64,000 bases of DNA from Nitrospirota bacterium. Its GTDB lineage: Bacteria; Nitrospirota; Thermodesulfovibrionia; Thermodesulfovibrionales; UBA9159. The translations under genes were made by a program, and so were the position numbers. Below are positions 1 through 10,491 of this stretch, one piece after another (position 1 is the stretch's first letter; every line of letters begins with the position of its first letter). Under the pieces are notes generated by a model. The model was not told the origin of the DNA. It did no database searches and saw nothing but the letters and a program-made list of their open reading frames with translations. Location of the stretch: positions 26,965-90,964 of the forward strand of contig CAVOUE010000007.1 of NCBI GenBank assembly GCA_963699545.1. The letters run 5' to 3'.

Positions 1-954
1 GGAATAGAGTTTGTACCTCATCGTGCTTATTCCCATAGATGAGGCGCCGATCTCATCCTCCCGTATGGCGATCCACGCCCTTCCGATCCTGGAGGAGCGG
101 ACGCGGCTCACCACCACGTACGTCAAAAGAACCGCCCCAAGGGTTACATAATAATACCTGCTCAGCGTTTCCAGGGACAGACCGAATGAATGGGGAGAAG
201 CAATCCCAGGGATACCGTTGGGGCCTCCGGTGAGAGAGTCCCAGTTATTCAGAATGAGACGCACGATCTCTCCAAATCCCAGGGTCACGATGGCAAGATA
301 GTCACCCCGCAGCCTGAGGGCGGGAATGGCGAGGACGAAACCGGAAAGCGTGGTAAGAGCCAGGGACAAGGGAAGGGCTTCCCAGAAGCCAAGGCCGAGT
401 TTCACATTGAGAAGGGCATACGTGTATGCGCCCACTGCATAGAACGCAACGAACCCGAGGTTAAGAAGACCGGTGAACCCCACCACCACGTTCAGACCGA
501 GAGCGAGAATAATATAGATGCCCGACAGGATCGCAACATCGAGAAGATAATCCCCCAGGAAAAAGGGCACTGCAAGAAGTGCGATAAGCAGCAGGGAACG
601 GTTCACAAGAGAAGAGGGTCTGAAGGCATTTCTGGAGCGGATGCGCTGTATCACTAAACCACCCTTTTCTATCAGGGTGCGCGCGTAACCCCCAAGAAAG
701 ACAAGGGAGATCATGGTGAGGGAAAGGACCACAAACAGGATCAGGGACGGCACCAGGCCCTTAAAGGGAAGGAAAAGGACCGACAACCACAAGGCAACGA
801 ATAGACTTCTCAGCAAGGAGTGGCGGGTGATCTGCCTCAGTCGCCTCGGGCGACCCGCCGAGGAGAGCGGACCCGCCTGAGGCTGGGCGAGCGAGAAGTG
901 TTTATCTTCATTCGTGCGGTTGTCGCTTGTCGCTCTTACCTCCTTGTTTTTCAC
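1..954 (-). CDS. livM: Branched-chain amino acid ABC transporter permease LivM (3' end runs off the window start)
   Basis: Minus-strand hand translation from GTG at 952-954 gives LGDYLLDVAILSGIYIILALGLNVVVGFTGLLNLGFVAFYAVGAYTYALL...LRLRGDYLAIVTLGFGEIVRLILNNWDSLTGGPNGI...RIGRAWIAIREDEIGA, typical LivM. It starts 5 nt after the livH stop. It is absent from the ORF track because no stop lies in the window. The 190..657 plus ORF is its antisense shadow. Confidence 0.85.
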   Translation of the reverse strand, partial: MKNKEVRATSDNRTNEDKHFSLAQPQAGPLSSAGRPRRLRQITRHSLLRSLFVALWLSVLFLPFKGLVPSLILFVVLSLTMISLVFLGGYARTLIEKGGLVIQRIRSRNAFRPSSLVNRSLLLIALLAVPFFLGDYLLDVAILSGIYIILALGLNVVVGFTGLLNLGFVAFYAVGAYTYALLNVKLGLGFWEALPLSLALTTLSGFVLAIPALRLRGDYLAIVTLGFGEIVRLILNNWDSLTGGPNGIPGIASPHSFGLSLETLSRYYYVTLGAVLLTYVVVSRVRSSRIGRAWIAIREDEIGASSMGISTMRYKLYS

Positions 955-959
955 TGTAT

Positions 960-1862
960 CTACACTTTCTCCTCTGTTGTCTTGCCGAAAATTCCTGACG
1001 GCTTGATGAGAAGGATCACGATGAGGACCGCAAAGGCATAGGCATCCTTGTATTCACTGGATATGTAACTGGCGCCGATGCTCTCCACCAGCCCAAGGAA
1101 GATACCACCGAACATGGCGCCGGGAATGCTCCCGATTCCGCCCAGTACGGCGGCGGTGAAGGCCTTGATCCCTGCGATATAGCCGATCGAATAATTCACG
1201 AGCCCGTAATACATGGCGACCATTATCCCAGCGACGGCAGCCAGAGCGGAACCGATGATAAAGGTGACCGATATTACCGAGTCGATATTGATGCCCACAA
1301 GCGACGCCATTACCTTGTCCTGGGCAACCGCACGCATGGCCTTCCCCATCTTCGTCCTCGTGACATAGAGGTGAAGGGACAGCATGAGCAGGCAGGAAAG
1401 GATGATAATGAATATCTGAAGGTAGGTGATCCTTGCGCCTGAGAAGGTGAAGCCTGCTTGCCCGAAGAGATGAGGGAATACCTTGTCCGTTGCTCCCTGG
1501 GTGAGCATAACATAGTTCTGGAGAAAGATGGACACGCCGATGGCGCTTATGAGGGGGCTGAGCCGCGGCGCATTCCTCAGCGGCCTGTATGCGATCTTCT
1601 CCATGGTAAACCCGTAGGCAGAGCAGAAAACAACGGACAGAACAAGGGTGAGGACCAGGGAAAGCGTGAGGCTGTATGAGGTGAGCCCCGTCGCGGTACA
1701 AAAGGCGAAGAAGATGATCCCCAGGTATGCCCCGAGCATGTAGATCTCGCCGTGGGCGAAATTGATCAGCTCCAGGATACCGTACACCATGGTATAGCCG
1801 AGAGCGATGAGGGCATACACACCACCCACAGTCAGACCGTTAATGAGTTGCTGGAATAACAT
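960..1862 (-). CDS. livH: Branched-chain amino acid ABC transporter permease LivH
   Basis: 300-aa ORF: MLFQQLINGLTVGGVYALIALGYTMVYGILELINFAHGEIYMLGAY... is a textbook LivH N-terminus. Multi-pass hydrophobic protein, in an operon with livM and the binding protein. Confidence 0.92.
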   Translation of the reverse strand: MLFQQLINGLTVGGVYALIALGYTMVYGILELINFAHGEIYMLGAYLGIIFFAFCTATGLTSYSLTLSLVLTLVLSVVFCSAYGFTMEKIAYRPLRNAPRLSPLISAIGVSIFLQNYVMLTQGATDKVFPHLFGQAGFTFSGARITYLQIFIIILSCLLMLSLHLYVTRTKMGKAMRAVAQDKVMASLVGINIDSVISVTFIIGSALAAVAGIMVAMYYGLVNYSIGYIAGIKAFTAAVLGGIGSIPGAMFGGIFLGLVESIGASYISSEYKDAYAFAVLIVILLIKPSGIFGKTTEEKV

Positions 1863-1908
1863 GGATGGCTTCCGGCTCAGCCCCGGGACACTCTTTCAAA
1901 CGGAGTAA

Positions 1909-3033
1909 TCAGCGCTCTTGCCCCGGTTTCCAGTATTCTTCAAACTTTCCGCTCCTGGTGGTCCAGACAACATAGGGAGAGACCGTAACGTCGCCTTTTT
2001 CATTAAATCTGACCTTGCCGAGAGCTCCCGTGAATTCCATACTGTGGAGCTTGTCGATGACCGCCTTGCCCTCTATGGTTCCGGCCTCTTTCATGGCGCT
2101 GAAAAGAATGTTCGCCGCATCGTAGGCATAGATGGAGTATGGGCCTATCTCTCCGAACTTCTTCTCATAATTATCGACAAAGGATTTGGCGGTAGGGATC
2201 TTCTTGGTATCGGGACTGAAGGTAAGATAGGTACCCTCAGCCGCTGAAGCCCCGGCGATCTCGATGAACTTCGGGTCGATACTGCCGTCACCGCTCATGA
2301 GGGGAACAGTCATGCCGAGTTCCCTGGCCTGCTTTACCAGGAGACCCGCCTCGGGATAGATCCCACCGAAGTAGATGAGTTCCGGCTTCTTATCCCTGAT
2401 TGCGGTGAGCACCGTCTTGAAGTCCTTGTCACCCTGAATGATGCCTCCATAATAGACCACTTCCACTTTGTTCGCAATGAACTTCTTGAACTCATCGGCA
2501 AGGCCCTGCCCGTAGGTGGTCTTGTCATGGATCACCGCTACTTTTTTCAACTTCAGTTTTTCAATGACGAACTCTGCCCCCACCTTCCCCTGCTGGTCGT
2601 CCCTCCCGCAGACCCTGGAAACACTGCGGTAACCTTTTTCCGTGAGCTGGGGGTTTGTGGAGCCCGGCGTTATCATCGGAACCCCCGCCCGGTTATAGAC
2701 ATCGGAAGCCGGGATCGAGCAGCTTGAATTGAAATGGCCTATGACACCCACTGCACCGTCGTTCACCAATTTATTCGCAATGGATACCGCCTGCTTCGGG
2801 TCGTGCTGATCATCAGCAACGAGTACCATGATTTTCTTGCCGAGAAGTCCGCCCTTTGCATTCCATTCCTCCACCGCAAGGGTCACACCGTTCTTAAAAT
2901 CGGTTCCCATCTTCGCCTGATCGCCGGTCATAGGGCCGGCCACGCCGATCTTGATCCCCTCTTCCTTCTTCTGGCATCCCATAGAGAACGCGAACAATGC
3001 CAGGGCGAGCGCAATAAAAGACCTCTTCATCAT
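1909..3033 (-). CDS. Branched-chain amino acid ABC transporter substrate-binding lipoprotein (LivJ/LivK family)
   Basis: 374-aa ORF with a lipoprotein signal (MMKRSFIALALALFAFSMGC). IKIGVAGPMTGDQAKMG..GVTLAVEEWNAKGG and VIGHFNSS motifs are typical of the Leu/Ile/Val-binding protein family. Confidence 0.88.
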   Translation of the reverse strand: MMKRSFIALALALFAFSMGCQKKEEGIKIGVAGPMTGDQAKMGTDFKNGVTLAVEEWNAKGGLLGKKIMVLVADDQHDPKQAVSIANKLVNDGAVGVIGHFNSSCSIPASDVYNRAGVPMITPGSTNPQLTEKGYRSVSRVCGRDDQQGKVGAEFVIEKLKLKKVAVIHDKTTYGQGLADEFKKFIANKVEVVYYGGIIQGDKDFKTVLTAIRDKKPELIYFGGIYPEAGLLVKQARELGMTVPLMSGDGSIDPKFIEIAGASAAEGTYLTFSPDTKKIPTAKSFVDNYEKKFGEIGPYSIYAYDAANILFSAMKEAGTIEGKAVIDKLHSMEFTGALGKVRFNEKGDVTVSPYVVWTTRSGKFEEYWKPGQER

Positions 3034-3185
3034 TTCCTCCTCGATAGCAGCATTTCTTCTTTATCCCTCCTCCCCTTTTCTCTCAGGGAGGACCGCCATT
3101 ACGTCGCCTCTCTTAAGGGGAGGTTCATTTCATCAGTCTCTTGCGACCTGTCCTTTGACATCCGGGCCCGGACCCGTCATTCATA

Positions 3186-3794
3186 TCACGCGCCACCAAG
3201 AACGGTCATAAAAGCCCTCACATTCCTTGATATATCGCCCACGAGGATCGCAGAGGCCACTGCAACCGCATCAGCCCCTGATGCGAGAACTTCCGGCAGG
3301 TTCTCCAGTGATATTCCTCCTATGGCAACCACAGGGATGCTTACCTGTCTCTTTATTTCCCGGAGCATTTCGACGCCTTTCGGTGCTCCGGCATCCTTGG
3401 TCACCGTAGGAAACACAGGTCCGAAGCCGATATAATCGGCACCGCCCCCGGCCGCACCCACCGCTTCACTGAGAGAATGGGTGGATATCCCGATGATCCT
3501 CTCTCCCATGATCTTCCTTGCCTCCCGCAACGGCAGGTCGTCCTGTCCGAGGTGGACACCATCAGCATCCACCGCAGATGCAATATCAGTATGATCATTC
3601 ACAATAAAGAGAGCTCCGCTTTGCCGTGTTATGTCCCTTAACTTCAGCGCCTCCCGGTAAATCTCTCTCCTGGTCTTTTCTTTCTCTCTGTACTGGACCC
3701 ATCGCACCCCGGAATCAAGGGCCGCCCTGACCATATCTTCGACTGTCCTCCCGCCTGCCTTCCTGTCGGTGATGAGGCAGAGGCCATGAAACAC
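3186..3794 (-). CDS. thiE: Thiamine-phosphate synthase ThiE
   Basis: 202-aa ORF with GVRWVQYREK, FIVNDHTDIASAVDADGVHLGQDD, GISTHS and DYIGFGPVFPT.TK motifs, characteristic of ThiE. GTG start. Confidence 0.9.
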   Translation of the reverse strand: MFHGLCLITDRKAGGRTVEDMVRAALDSGVRWVQYREKEKTRREIYREALKLRDITRQSGALFIVNDHTDIASAVDADGVHLGQDDLPLREARKIMGERIIGISTHSLSEAVGAAGGGADYIGFGPVFPTVTKDAGAPKGVEMLREIKRQVSIPVVAIGGISLENLPEVLASGADAVAVASAILVGDISRNVRAFMTVLGGA

Positions 3795-3837
3795 GTGCCG
3801 GCCTGTGCTCGCACTTCGGCACGGCCCGCCCAGCGTC

Positions 3838-5208
3838 TTATCCTCTCTCTTCCGGGGGTGCTTCCGACCTCAGGAGCTTCTCTACAAAACCGGTATTGAA
3901 TTCTCCGTTGATAAAATCCGGGGTGTTGAAGACCTTCTTGTGAAAAGGGATCGTCGTCCTTATGCCTTCGATGATAAACTCATTCAGTGCCCTCTTCATT
4001 ATCTGGATAGCTTCCTCCCTGTTCTTTCCGTGAACAATGAGCTTTGCGATAAGGGAATCATACTGTGAAGGCACCACCCATCCGCTGAAGGCGGCCGTGT
4101 CCACTCGCACCCCGGGCCCGCCGGGCTGATAGAAAAAGGTTATCTTGCCCGGATGGGGAATGAACCGATCCGGGTCTTCGGCGTTGATCCTGCATTCGAT
4201 CGCATGGCCTGATGGTCGCAAGGCGCTCTGCTTATATTCCAGGGGGAGCCCTGCGGCAAGCTTTATCTGTTCCTTGATAATATCGATGCCTGTTACCGCC
4301 TCGGTCACGGGATGCTCCACCTGCACCCTGGTATTCACCTCCATGAAATAGATGTCCCCTGCCGAATCCACAATGAATTCAATGGTGCCCACATTCTTGT
4401 ATTTGAGGGCCTTTGCGGCCTTGATACCGAACTCACCGATCTTTTTTCTGAACTTGTCAGTGGAGATGGGAGAAGGGGATTCTTCGATGAGCTTCTGGTG
4501 GCGTCTCTGTATGGAACAGTCACGCTCCCCGAGGTGAAGCACGTTGCCCTTCCCGTCTGCCATGATCTGGACCTCAATGTGTCTCATATCGGCGATGTAT
4601 TTTTCGACGTAGAGTTCGCTGTTCCCGAAGGCGGTAAGTGCCTCACGCTGTGCGACATAAAATGCATGTTCCAGGTCCTTCTCCTCGTTCACCACCCTCA
4701 TGCCCTTCCCGCCGCCGCCTGCCGAGGCTTTAAGGATAACGGGAAACCCTATTTTTTTTGCGACCTTGACGGCTATCTCTTCCGACACTACGGGACCGTC
4801 GCTTCCGGGGACCACCGGCACGCCTTTCCGCTTCATGATCTGCCTTGCCCTTGCCTTGTCCCCTCCGAGCCGGATATTCTCGGAAGAAGGCCCGATAAAG
4901 GTGATGCCCGAAGTGTGGCAGGCTTCCGCAAAATGAGGGTTTTCAGAAAGGAACCCGTACCCCGGATGTACGGCCTCCGAATCGGTTATCTCCGCCGCGC
5001 TGAGGATCCCGGGGATGTTCAGATAGCTCTGTGCCGAACTTGCAGGACCGATGCAGACCGCCTCATCGGCAAGCCTCACGTGCATGGAGTCCTTCTCTAT
5101 GTCGGAATAGACCGCAACCGTCTTTATTCCCAGCTCCCTGCATGCCCTGATGACTCTGACCGCGATCTCACCACGGTTGGCGATGAGTATCTTTTTGAAG
5201 AGTTTCAT
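3838..5208 (-). CDS. accC: Acetyl-CoA carboxylase biotin carboxylase subunit AccC
   Basis: 456-aa ORF: [35 protein letters not shown]...GYGFLSENP...[13 protein letters not shown]...[14 protein letters not shown]. It overlaps the accB stop by 4 nt. Confidence 0.96.
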   Translation of the reverse strand: MKLFKKILIANRGEIAVRVIRACRELGIKTVAVYSDIEKDSMHVRLADEAVCIGPASSAQSYLNIPGILSAAEITDSEAVHPGYGFLSENPHFAEACHTSGITFIGPSSENIRLGGDKARARQIMKRKGVPVVPGSDGPVVSEEIAVKVAKKIGFPVILKASAGGGGKGMRVVNEEKDLEHAFYVAQREALTAFGNSELYVEKYIADMRHIEVQIMADGKGNVLHLGERDCSIQRRHQKLIEESPSPISTDKFRKKIGEFGIKAAKALKYKNVGTIEFIVDSAGDIYFMEVNTRVQVEHPVTEAVTGIDIIKEQIKLAAGLPLEYKQSALRPSGHAIECRINAEDPDRFIPHPGKITFFYQPGGPGVRVDTAAFSGWVVPSQYDSLIAKLIVHGKNREEAIQIMKRALNEFIIEGIRTTIPFHKKVFNTPDFINGEFNTGFVEKLLRSEAPPEERG

Positions 5209-5639
5209 GAGACCGGCTCAATGATGAAAAGGGGCTCTCCGTACTCCACCGGCTGACCATTTTCGACCAGGGCCCTCACCATAACCCCGTCCACCTCGCT
5301 CTCGATCTCGTTCATCAGCTTCATGGCCTCGATAATACAGATCACCTGGCCCTTTTTCACCCGTGTCCCGGCATCCGCAAAAGCGGGCGTATCAGGGGAC
5401 GGCGACCGGTAAAATGTCCCGACAATGGGGGCGGTGATCGTGACAAGCCTCTGGGTATCTTCTTCCGACTCTGTGGTCTTCTCGATAACGGTATGCGGCT
5501 TTTGGTGCATCTCAAGAGACGGCAGCAGCATCTGTCGCCGTATCTTGACCTTTGTTCCGTCCTTCTCCAATTGGATCTCTGTTATGTCCGTGTCCCGAAG
5601 AAGGGATATGAGTTCTTTCAGGTCATCAATTTCCATCAT
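5205..5639 (-). CDS. accB: Acetyl-CoA carboxylase biotin carboxyl carrier protein AccB
   Basis: 144-aa ORF whose C-terminal biotinyl domain carries the [10 protein letters not shown] biotinylation motif. Overlaps efp and accC by 4 nt each. Confidence 0.92.
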   Translation of the reverse strand: MMEIDDLKELISLLRDTDITEIQLEKDGTKVKIRRQMLLPSLEMHQKPHTVIEKTTESEEDTQRLVTITAPIVGTFYRSPSPDTPAFADAGTRVKKGQVICIIEAMKLMNEIESEVDGVMVRALVENGQPVEYGEPLFIIEPVS

Positions 5640-6196
5640 TTAACCCTTTCGATGTATTCTGACGTCCTTGTATCGATCCTGATCACATCGCCTTCATTGA
5701 TATGAAAAGGAACTTTCACCACGGCACCGGTTTCCATAGTTGCAGGCTTGGAACCCCCTGACGCCGTATCGCCCTTGAACCCCGGATCCGTCTGGGCCAC
5801 CACAAGCTCCACAAAGGTCGGCAGATCCACCGTAAGGGGTTCATCCCGGTAATTCAGTATCTTCACCTTCATATTTTCCTTTAAGAATTTTCTGGCATCC
5901 CCAAGCTTAGACTCGGTAAGCGGGATCTGTTCGAAAGTCTCGGTGTCCATAAAATAATGGAAATCCCCGTCCGCATAGAGGTACTGCATCTCCTTTTCCT
6001 CGAGGTGGGGAGTCTCGAATTTCTCTCCCGACCGGAAGGTATCCTCCAGAACATTGCCTGTTCTCAGGCTTTTCATCTTTGTCCTGATAATGGCCCCTCC
6101 CCTCCCCATTTTTACATGCTGAAAATCGATGATCTCACAGGGCTCCCCCTTGTACTCAATCTTTGCGCCTTTCCTGAACTCATTCGTCGAAATCAA
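5636..6196 (-). CDS. efp: Translation elongation factor P
   Basis: 186-aa ORF: [49 protein letters not shown]...[48 protein letters not shown]. Confidence 0.96.
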   Translation of the reverse strand: MISTNEFRKGAKIEYKGEPCEIIDFQHVKMGRGGAIIRTKMKSLRTGNVLEDTFRSGEKFETPHLEEKEMQYLYADGDFHYFMDTETFEQIPLTESKLGDARKFLKENMKVKILNYRDEPLTVDLPTFVELVVAQTDPGFKGDTASGGSKPATMETGAVVKVPFHINEGDVIRIDTRTSEYIERVK

Positions 6197-6260
6197 TGCA
6201 GCCCTCCTTGTTCACTCGTTGTCGTGCCCTAGCACCATCTCACTGGAGATACCCTATGCA

Positions 6261-7391
6261 TTAAACGATCTCTAACCCTCTCGGCAAGCGTGTAAGCACC
6301 TCAGGTCCTCCCGGCTTCACCAGGACCATGTCCTCTATCCGGACCCCGCCCACTCCCGGGACATAGATCCCCGGCTCAACCGTAAATATCATATTTTCCC
6401 TCAAGACTTCGCTCTTCGACCAGGTTACCCGGGGGAGTTCATGGACCTCCAGACCCACGCCGTGGCCAGTCCCGTGACCGAAGAATTTTCCATACCCTGC
6501 ATTTCTTATGAGATCCCTTGCAGCGCTGTCGACCGTCCTGCTCTCGACCCCTGGTCTCACCGCGAGGACCGCCTGCCTGTTCGCATTCAGCACGTTCCGG
6601 TATAGCTCCCTTTTCCTGGCCAGGTCCCTTCCGCGGGCACGCGATGATCCGGCGCCCTTTAGCAGAAAAGTCCTCGTCATATCAGAATAATACCCTCCGG
6701 CCTCTCCCCCCCAGTCCACAACAACAAGGTCTCCGGCGGAAAGCTTCCTGGAGGTTGCCCTGGCGTGGGGCATGGCCGAGTTGTCACCGGATGCCACTAT
6801 TATATCAAATGGGATTCGATTACACCCTCTTTTTTTCAGCCTTTCCTCCAGCATGAGGGCTATCTCCCCCTCCTTCCTGCCCTGCCGTATGTGCGGCCTG
6901 ACATCGCGGAAAGCGTCCTCTGCACGCCTCACCGCCTCCCGTATGGAGCGTATTTCCTCACGGTCTTTCACTTCCCTCAATGCCTCAACGGCATCCCGGA
7001 AGGGCTTAAGGCCCGCACCGCATTGTGAGAGCCCTTTAAAGAATTCGTACGAAACAGCGGACTCACAGCCGAGGGACCGTATTCCAAGCTTTCCGATGAG
7101 GTCTTTTATGATCTTGAGCCTGTTCCCTTTTTCGATGATAATGTCCCAACCGATCCCTCCCCCCGGCGGAGGAAACTTCGTTCTCTTCTCGATCCCTCCA
7201 ACGGAAAGCTCTCTCTCTGCCTGTTCCTTATATCTGAAATCGGTAACAAATATATTCTTGTTCTTCGTGATCAGGATGAAGCCTGAGGAACCCGTGAACC
7301 CGGAAAGGTACCTGACATTAACAACGGTGGTGACGAGAAATCCCTGCGTTCTCCTCTTCCCGAAGGATTCCCGTAACCCGGCAAGACGCAA
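6261..7391 (-). CDS. M24 family Xaa-Pro aminopeptidase/dipeptidase
   Basis: The C-terminal half carries the M24 metal-site motifs (DWGGEAGGYYSDMTRTF, HGTGHGVGLEVHE, FTVEPGIYVPGVGGVRIED). The track ORF (to 7472) overlaps aroQ. I place the start at the in-frame TTG at 7389-7391 (MRLAGLRESFGKRR..), 23 nt after the aroQ stop. The start is uncertain. Confidence 0.8.
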   Translation of the reverse strand: MRLAGLRESFGKRRTQGFLVTTVVNVRYLSGFTGSSGFILITKNKNIFVTDFRYKEQAERELSVGGIEKRTKFPPPGGGIGWDIIIEKGNRLKIIKDLIGKLGIRSLGCESAVSYEFFKGLSQCGAGLKPFRDAVEALREVKDREEIRSIREAVRRAEDAFRDVRPHIRQGRKEGEIALMLEERLKKRGCNRIPFDIIVASGDNSAMPHARATSRKLSAGDLVVVDWGGEAGGYYSDMTRTFLLKGAGSSRARGRDLARKRELYRNVLNANRQAVLAVRPGVESRTVDSAARDLIRNAGYGKFFGHGTGHGVGLEVHELPRVTWSKSEVLRENMIFTVEPGIYVPGVGGVRIEDMVLVKPGGPEVLTRLPRGLEIV

Positions 7392-7413
7392 TGGGAGATG
7401 GCCGAAAATGGTC

Positions 7414-7845
7414 CTACTCCCTCGAGAGAATATTCTTTGCAGCGATAAGGGCGAGCAGGTAACTGTCCGCACCGAAGCCGGTTATCTGACCGTGCGCAAC
7501 CTCTGCTATATACGACCTTTTCCTGAACTCTTCCCTTTTGTGGATATTCGAGATATGGACCTCAATGGTAGGCCTGGCGGCAGCGGAAATGGCATCACGG
7601 ATGGCTATGCTTGTATGCGTGTACGCTCCTGGATTTATGATCAGGCAGTCATAGTCACCTTTTTGTATGGCATCGATGATCTCTCCCTCGCTGTTCGACT
7701 GTTTGACAGAAACATGCATGCCCATGCCCGATGCCTCTGAACGTATTCTCCGGTTGATGTCCCTGAGGCTGAGAGCTCCATATACCCCGGGCTCCCTCTT
7801 GCCGAGGAGGTTCAGGTTGGGACCATGTATGACCAGGATCTTCAT
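7414..7845 (-). CDS. aroQ: Type II 3-dehydroquinate dehydratase AroQ
   Basis: [23 protein letters not shown]...[17 protein letters not shown]...[14 protein letters not shown] are canonical AroQ motifs. I use the internal ATG at 7845. The 26-aa upstream extension in the track ORF has no homology. Confidence 0.9.
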   Translation of the reverse strand: MKILVIHGPNLNLLGKREPGVYGALSLRDINRRIRSEASGMGMHVSVKQSNSEGEIIDAIQKGDYDCLIINPGAYTHTSIAIRDAISAAARPTIEVHISNIHKREEFRKRSYIAEVAHGQITGFGADSYLLALIAAKNILSRE

Positions 7846-7935
7846 GTGCCGAGCAACGAGCGACGAGTAACAAGTGACGGAAAACTGAGAAGATAGTACA
7901 TCAGCGTTCGACTCGCCACTCACTCCTTGCCGTTC

Positions 7936-8292
7936 TTAAAATTCCCCTTCTATCTTCGGAACTGTGGTCTTCAGGACAAACCTGCCCTTGCCGTAATTGC
8001 CCTCCGGCCTGATCACAAGGGCAAAATAATAAGCAGTATTGATCTGCCGCAGGATAATTCCGCACTTGTCCGATATGATCGAAAATTCCCGCGCGGCCCC
8101 GAGTCCGAGGTCTCTTGCAGCGGAGTTTATGTCCCTTATCATTGTGGACGCCTCGGCTCCCAGGTCTTCGAGGCTGAGCAGTTTCTCAGTGGCATACTCC
8201 TCGACGGGAATACCGTCAGAGCCAAGTATCATGGCAGCCACCGCACCGTCAACCTTTTCAACAGCCTCTTTCAGGATATCGGAAAAGCTCAC
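7936..8292 (-). CDS. Roadblock/LC7 (MglB-like) domain protein
   Basis: 118-aa ORF. VDGAVAAMILGSDGIPVEEY... and an alpha-beta-alpha sized protein fit the Roadblock/LC7 fold. Its start overlaps the stop of the upstream TPR gene by 4 nt. Confidence 0.65.
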   Translation of the reverse strand: MSFSDILKEAVEKVDGAVAAMILGSDGIPVEEYATEKLLSLEDLGAEASTMIRDINSAARDLGLGAAREFSIISDKCGIILRQINTAYYFALVIRPEGNYGKGRFVLKTTVPKIEGEF

Positions 8293-9281
8293 GGCCTTTT
8301 GGGGAACCCCCTGTTCATCGCACTCAGAAATGATTCCAGTCTCGCGATCAGGACATCATTCCCTTTCCCCATCATCGTCATCAGGGCCTTCAGCTCTGCC
8401 ACTCTCTGAAGAATCTGCTTATTTCCAGGATCACCGGTCAGGATCTGCCTGTAGATTTCCAGGGCCTTGTAAAAATTTCCACAGGCGATGAACGCGTCAG
8501 CGGCTGACGCATCTGCCGTTTCCCCAGCGGGTCCGGCCTCCTCCTCGGGGGCAGCAGTTTCCGTAGGACCGGAAACCTCTTCCGTCACCCCGCCTGCTTC
8601 GGTCAAGATATCCCCGAAAGATGATTCATCCGGTATCTCAAATGACTGATCATCGGGAATCTCGACCACTTCCCCTGCGTTTCCCGAATCTTCTTCCCCC
8701 ACGCCGCGGAAAGAATTGCTGAACTGCTCAAAGTCCCTGCCGACCGTTCCCCCCGGTTCCGCTTCTCCTGCAGTGTGCTCCTCAGTTCCCGGTTCCTCGC
8801 CGTAAGAGGCCTTGGCCAGCCCGGTCTCAGGGGCAAAAGGCACCTCCGCCTCTGCAGAGACCGCACGCTCCTCTCCTAAGGCGTCTTCCCCAATCTCTGT
8901 CAGGCACATCCTCGCATCTTCATCCAGGGGATTGAGCTGCAGCACGGTTTTATATTCAGCGACGGCCTTGTCGGTCTCACCGCGCTCCTTATAGATATCG
9001 GCAAGCTTTCTGTGGGCAAAGAGGTTGTCGGGTATGGTGCTCACCACTGCCTCAAACTCGTTCTTTGCCTCGTCCAGCATATTTTTTTCAAGGTATATCC
9101 TGCCCAGCGCCACGCGCGCACTGGTATATCCCGGCTGGTGTTCCAGTCCCCTCAAGAGAACAGTGATGGCTTCATCGGGCATCCCTGATTTTCTGTATTC
9201 TTCCGCGAGGGGAAGGAAGAGTCGCGAATTCGGATCCTTTTCAACCCTGATGCGCAGTTTCTCGATATCTTCCATCGACAT
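8289..9281 (-). CDS. TPR-repeat protein with long acidic low-complexity linker
   Basis: 330-aa ORF. N-terminal TPR-like repeats (ARVALGRIYLEKNMLDEAKNEFEAVV.., AHRKLADIYKERGETDKAVAEYKTVLQLNP). A linker of about 120 aa is rich in E/G/P/T/A, followed by a C-terminal TPR-like helix pair. No enzymatic motif. Confidence 0.7.
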   Translation of the reverse strand: MSMEDIEKLRIRVEKDPNSRLFLPLAEEYRKSGMPDEAITVLLRGLEHQPGYTSARVALGRIYLEKNMLDEAKNEFEAVVSTIPDNLFAHRKLADIYKERGETDKAVAEYKTVLQLNPLDEDARMCLTEIGEDALGEERAVSAEAEVPFAPETGLAKASYGEEPGTEEHTAGEAEPGGTVGRDFEQFSNSFRGVGEEDSGNAGEVVEIPDDQSFEIPDESSFGDILTEAGGVTEEVSGPTETAAPEEEAGPAGETADASAADAFIACGNFYKALEIYRQILTGDPGNKQILQRVAELKALMTMMGKGNDVLIARLESFLSAMNRGFPKRP

Positions 9282-9314
9282 TGTTATTGACTTTAATCAA
9301 AAAAAGGCTAAATG

Positions 9315-10491
9315 TCAAGGGATAAAATGTGCAATCCTGTCAAGAATAATATCGGCAACTTCATCTTTCGACATGAGGGGAAATGACGATTCTTCCTCCT
9401 TCAGAATGAGAGTGATTTGATTCGTATCGACGTCAAATCCTGAACCGGGACAGAGCACATCGTTAAAAACCACCACGTCCGCGCCCTTGTCAAGGAGTTT
9501 TTTCCTTGCGCGGCCGATATCGGCTCCTGTCTCTGCGGCAAACCCCACCAGGAACGGCCTCCTCTTCATGGAACCTATTTCAGAAAGGATGTCAGGTGTC
9601 TTCTTAAGTTTCAGGACAAGGCCCCCGGATTTGTCGATCTTCTTGTCGCTTCTGTCCACCGGAGAAAAGTCGGACACCGCTGCAGCCATGATCACGGCAT
9701 TTGAGCCTTGAGAGCTCTTCATGACCGCATTCCCTCATTTCGCTCGGACGGTCTCCACAGCCACAAAAACGGCGCCGGACGGAGGCTTCAACTGAGGAGG
9801 GGCCGCTGATAAGGATCACCTCAGCTCCCCTTCTCAGTGCAGCCCTTGCTATGGCATAGCCCATCTTCCCCGATGACCTGTTGGACATGAACCTCACCGG
9901 ATCCATGTATTCCCTTGTCGGTCCGGCAGTGACCATGATCCTCTTTCCCGATAGGTCCTTTCTCGTGAGGGCAGAACGTACCCCTTCCAGGATATCGGAT
10001 ACATCGGACATCCTGCCCACGGCATCATCACCGCATGCAAGACTCCCCTTCTCAGGACCGACCTGGATCACTCCAAGGGAAGCAAGGTAGCGGAGGTTCT
10101 TCTGGAAAACGGGGTTCTCGTACATTCTCCAGTTCATGGCAGGGGCAATGATCGTCTTGCCCTTGAAGGAAAGAAAGCATGTACTGAGCATGTCATCGGC
10201 GATCCCGCCGGCAAATTTCCCGAGACTATTGGCGGTGGCAGGGGCAACGACCATGAGATCAGCGTCCGAAGTGAGGCTGATATGGGAGAGGGGATCCTGA
10301 AACGTATCGGTGAACACCCTGTTCCGGGAGACGATTTCAAAGGAAAGGGGCGTGATGAATCTCCGGGAGGCGTCGGTCATGATCACCTGTACGGATGCCC
10401 CTTCCTCGGTCAGCCTCCGCACAAGATCTACGGACTTGTAAACCGCAATGCTTCCTGTTACCCCTAACAGGATATTCTTATTCTTCAGCAC
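9315..10491 (-). pseudogene. coaBC: Bifunctional phosphopantothenoylcysteine decarboxylase / phosphopantothenate-cysteine ligase CoaBC, reading frame interrupted as assembled
   Basis: ORF 9604..10491 gives the CoaC flavoprotein domain plus the start of CoaB ([14 protein letters not shown].., [26 protein letters not shown]). Homology continues in another frame ([16 protein letters not shown], then an in-frame TGA at 9735-9737, then [25 protein letters not shown].. = ORF 9315..9722). The frame switch lies within about 9786-9804. Confidence 0.85.

Noticed and set aside
7846-7923. 26-aa N-terminal extension of aroQ from the GTG at 7923
   Set aside because: AroQ homology begins exactly at [10 protein letters not shown] (ATG at 7845). 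The extension has no counterpart in the family.
9735-9737. In-frame TGA in coaBC as selenocysteine or stop-codon reassignment
   Set aside because: TGA clearly terminates several genes in the window (for example gcvH, pdxJ and the four-helix-bundle gene). CoaB has no known Sec form. The site sits in the densest cluster of obvious indel lesions.
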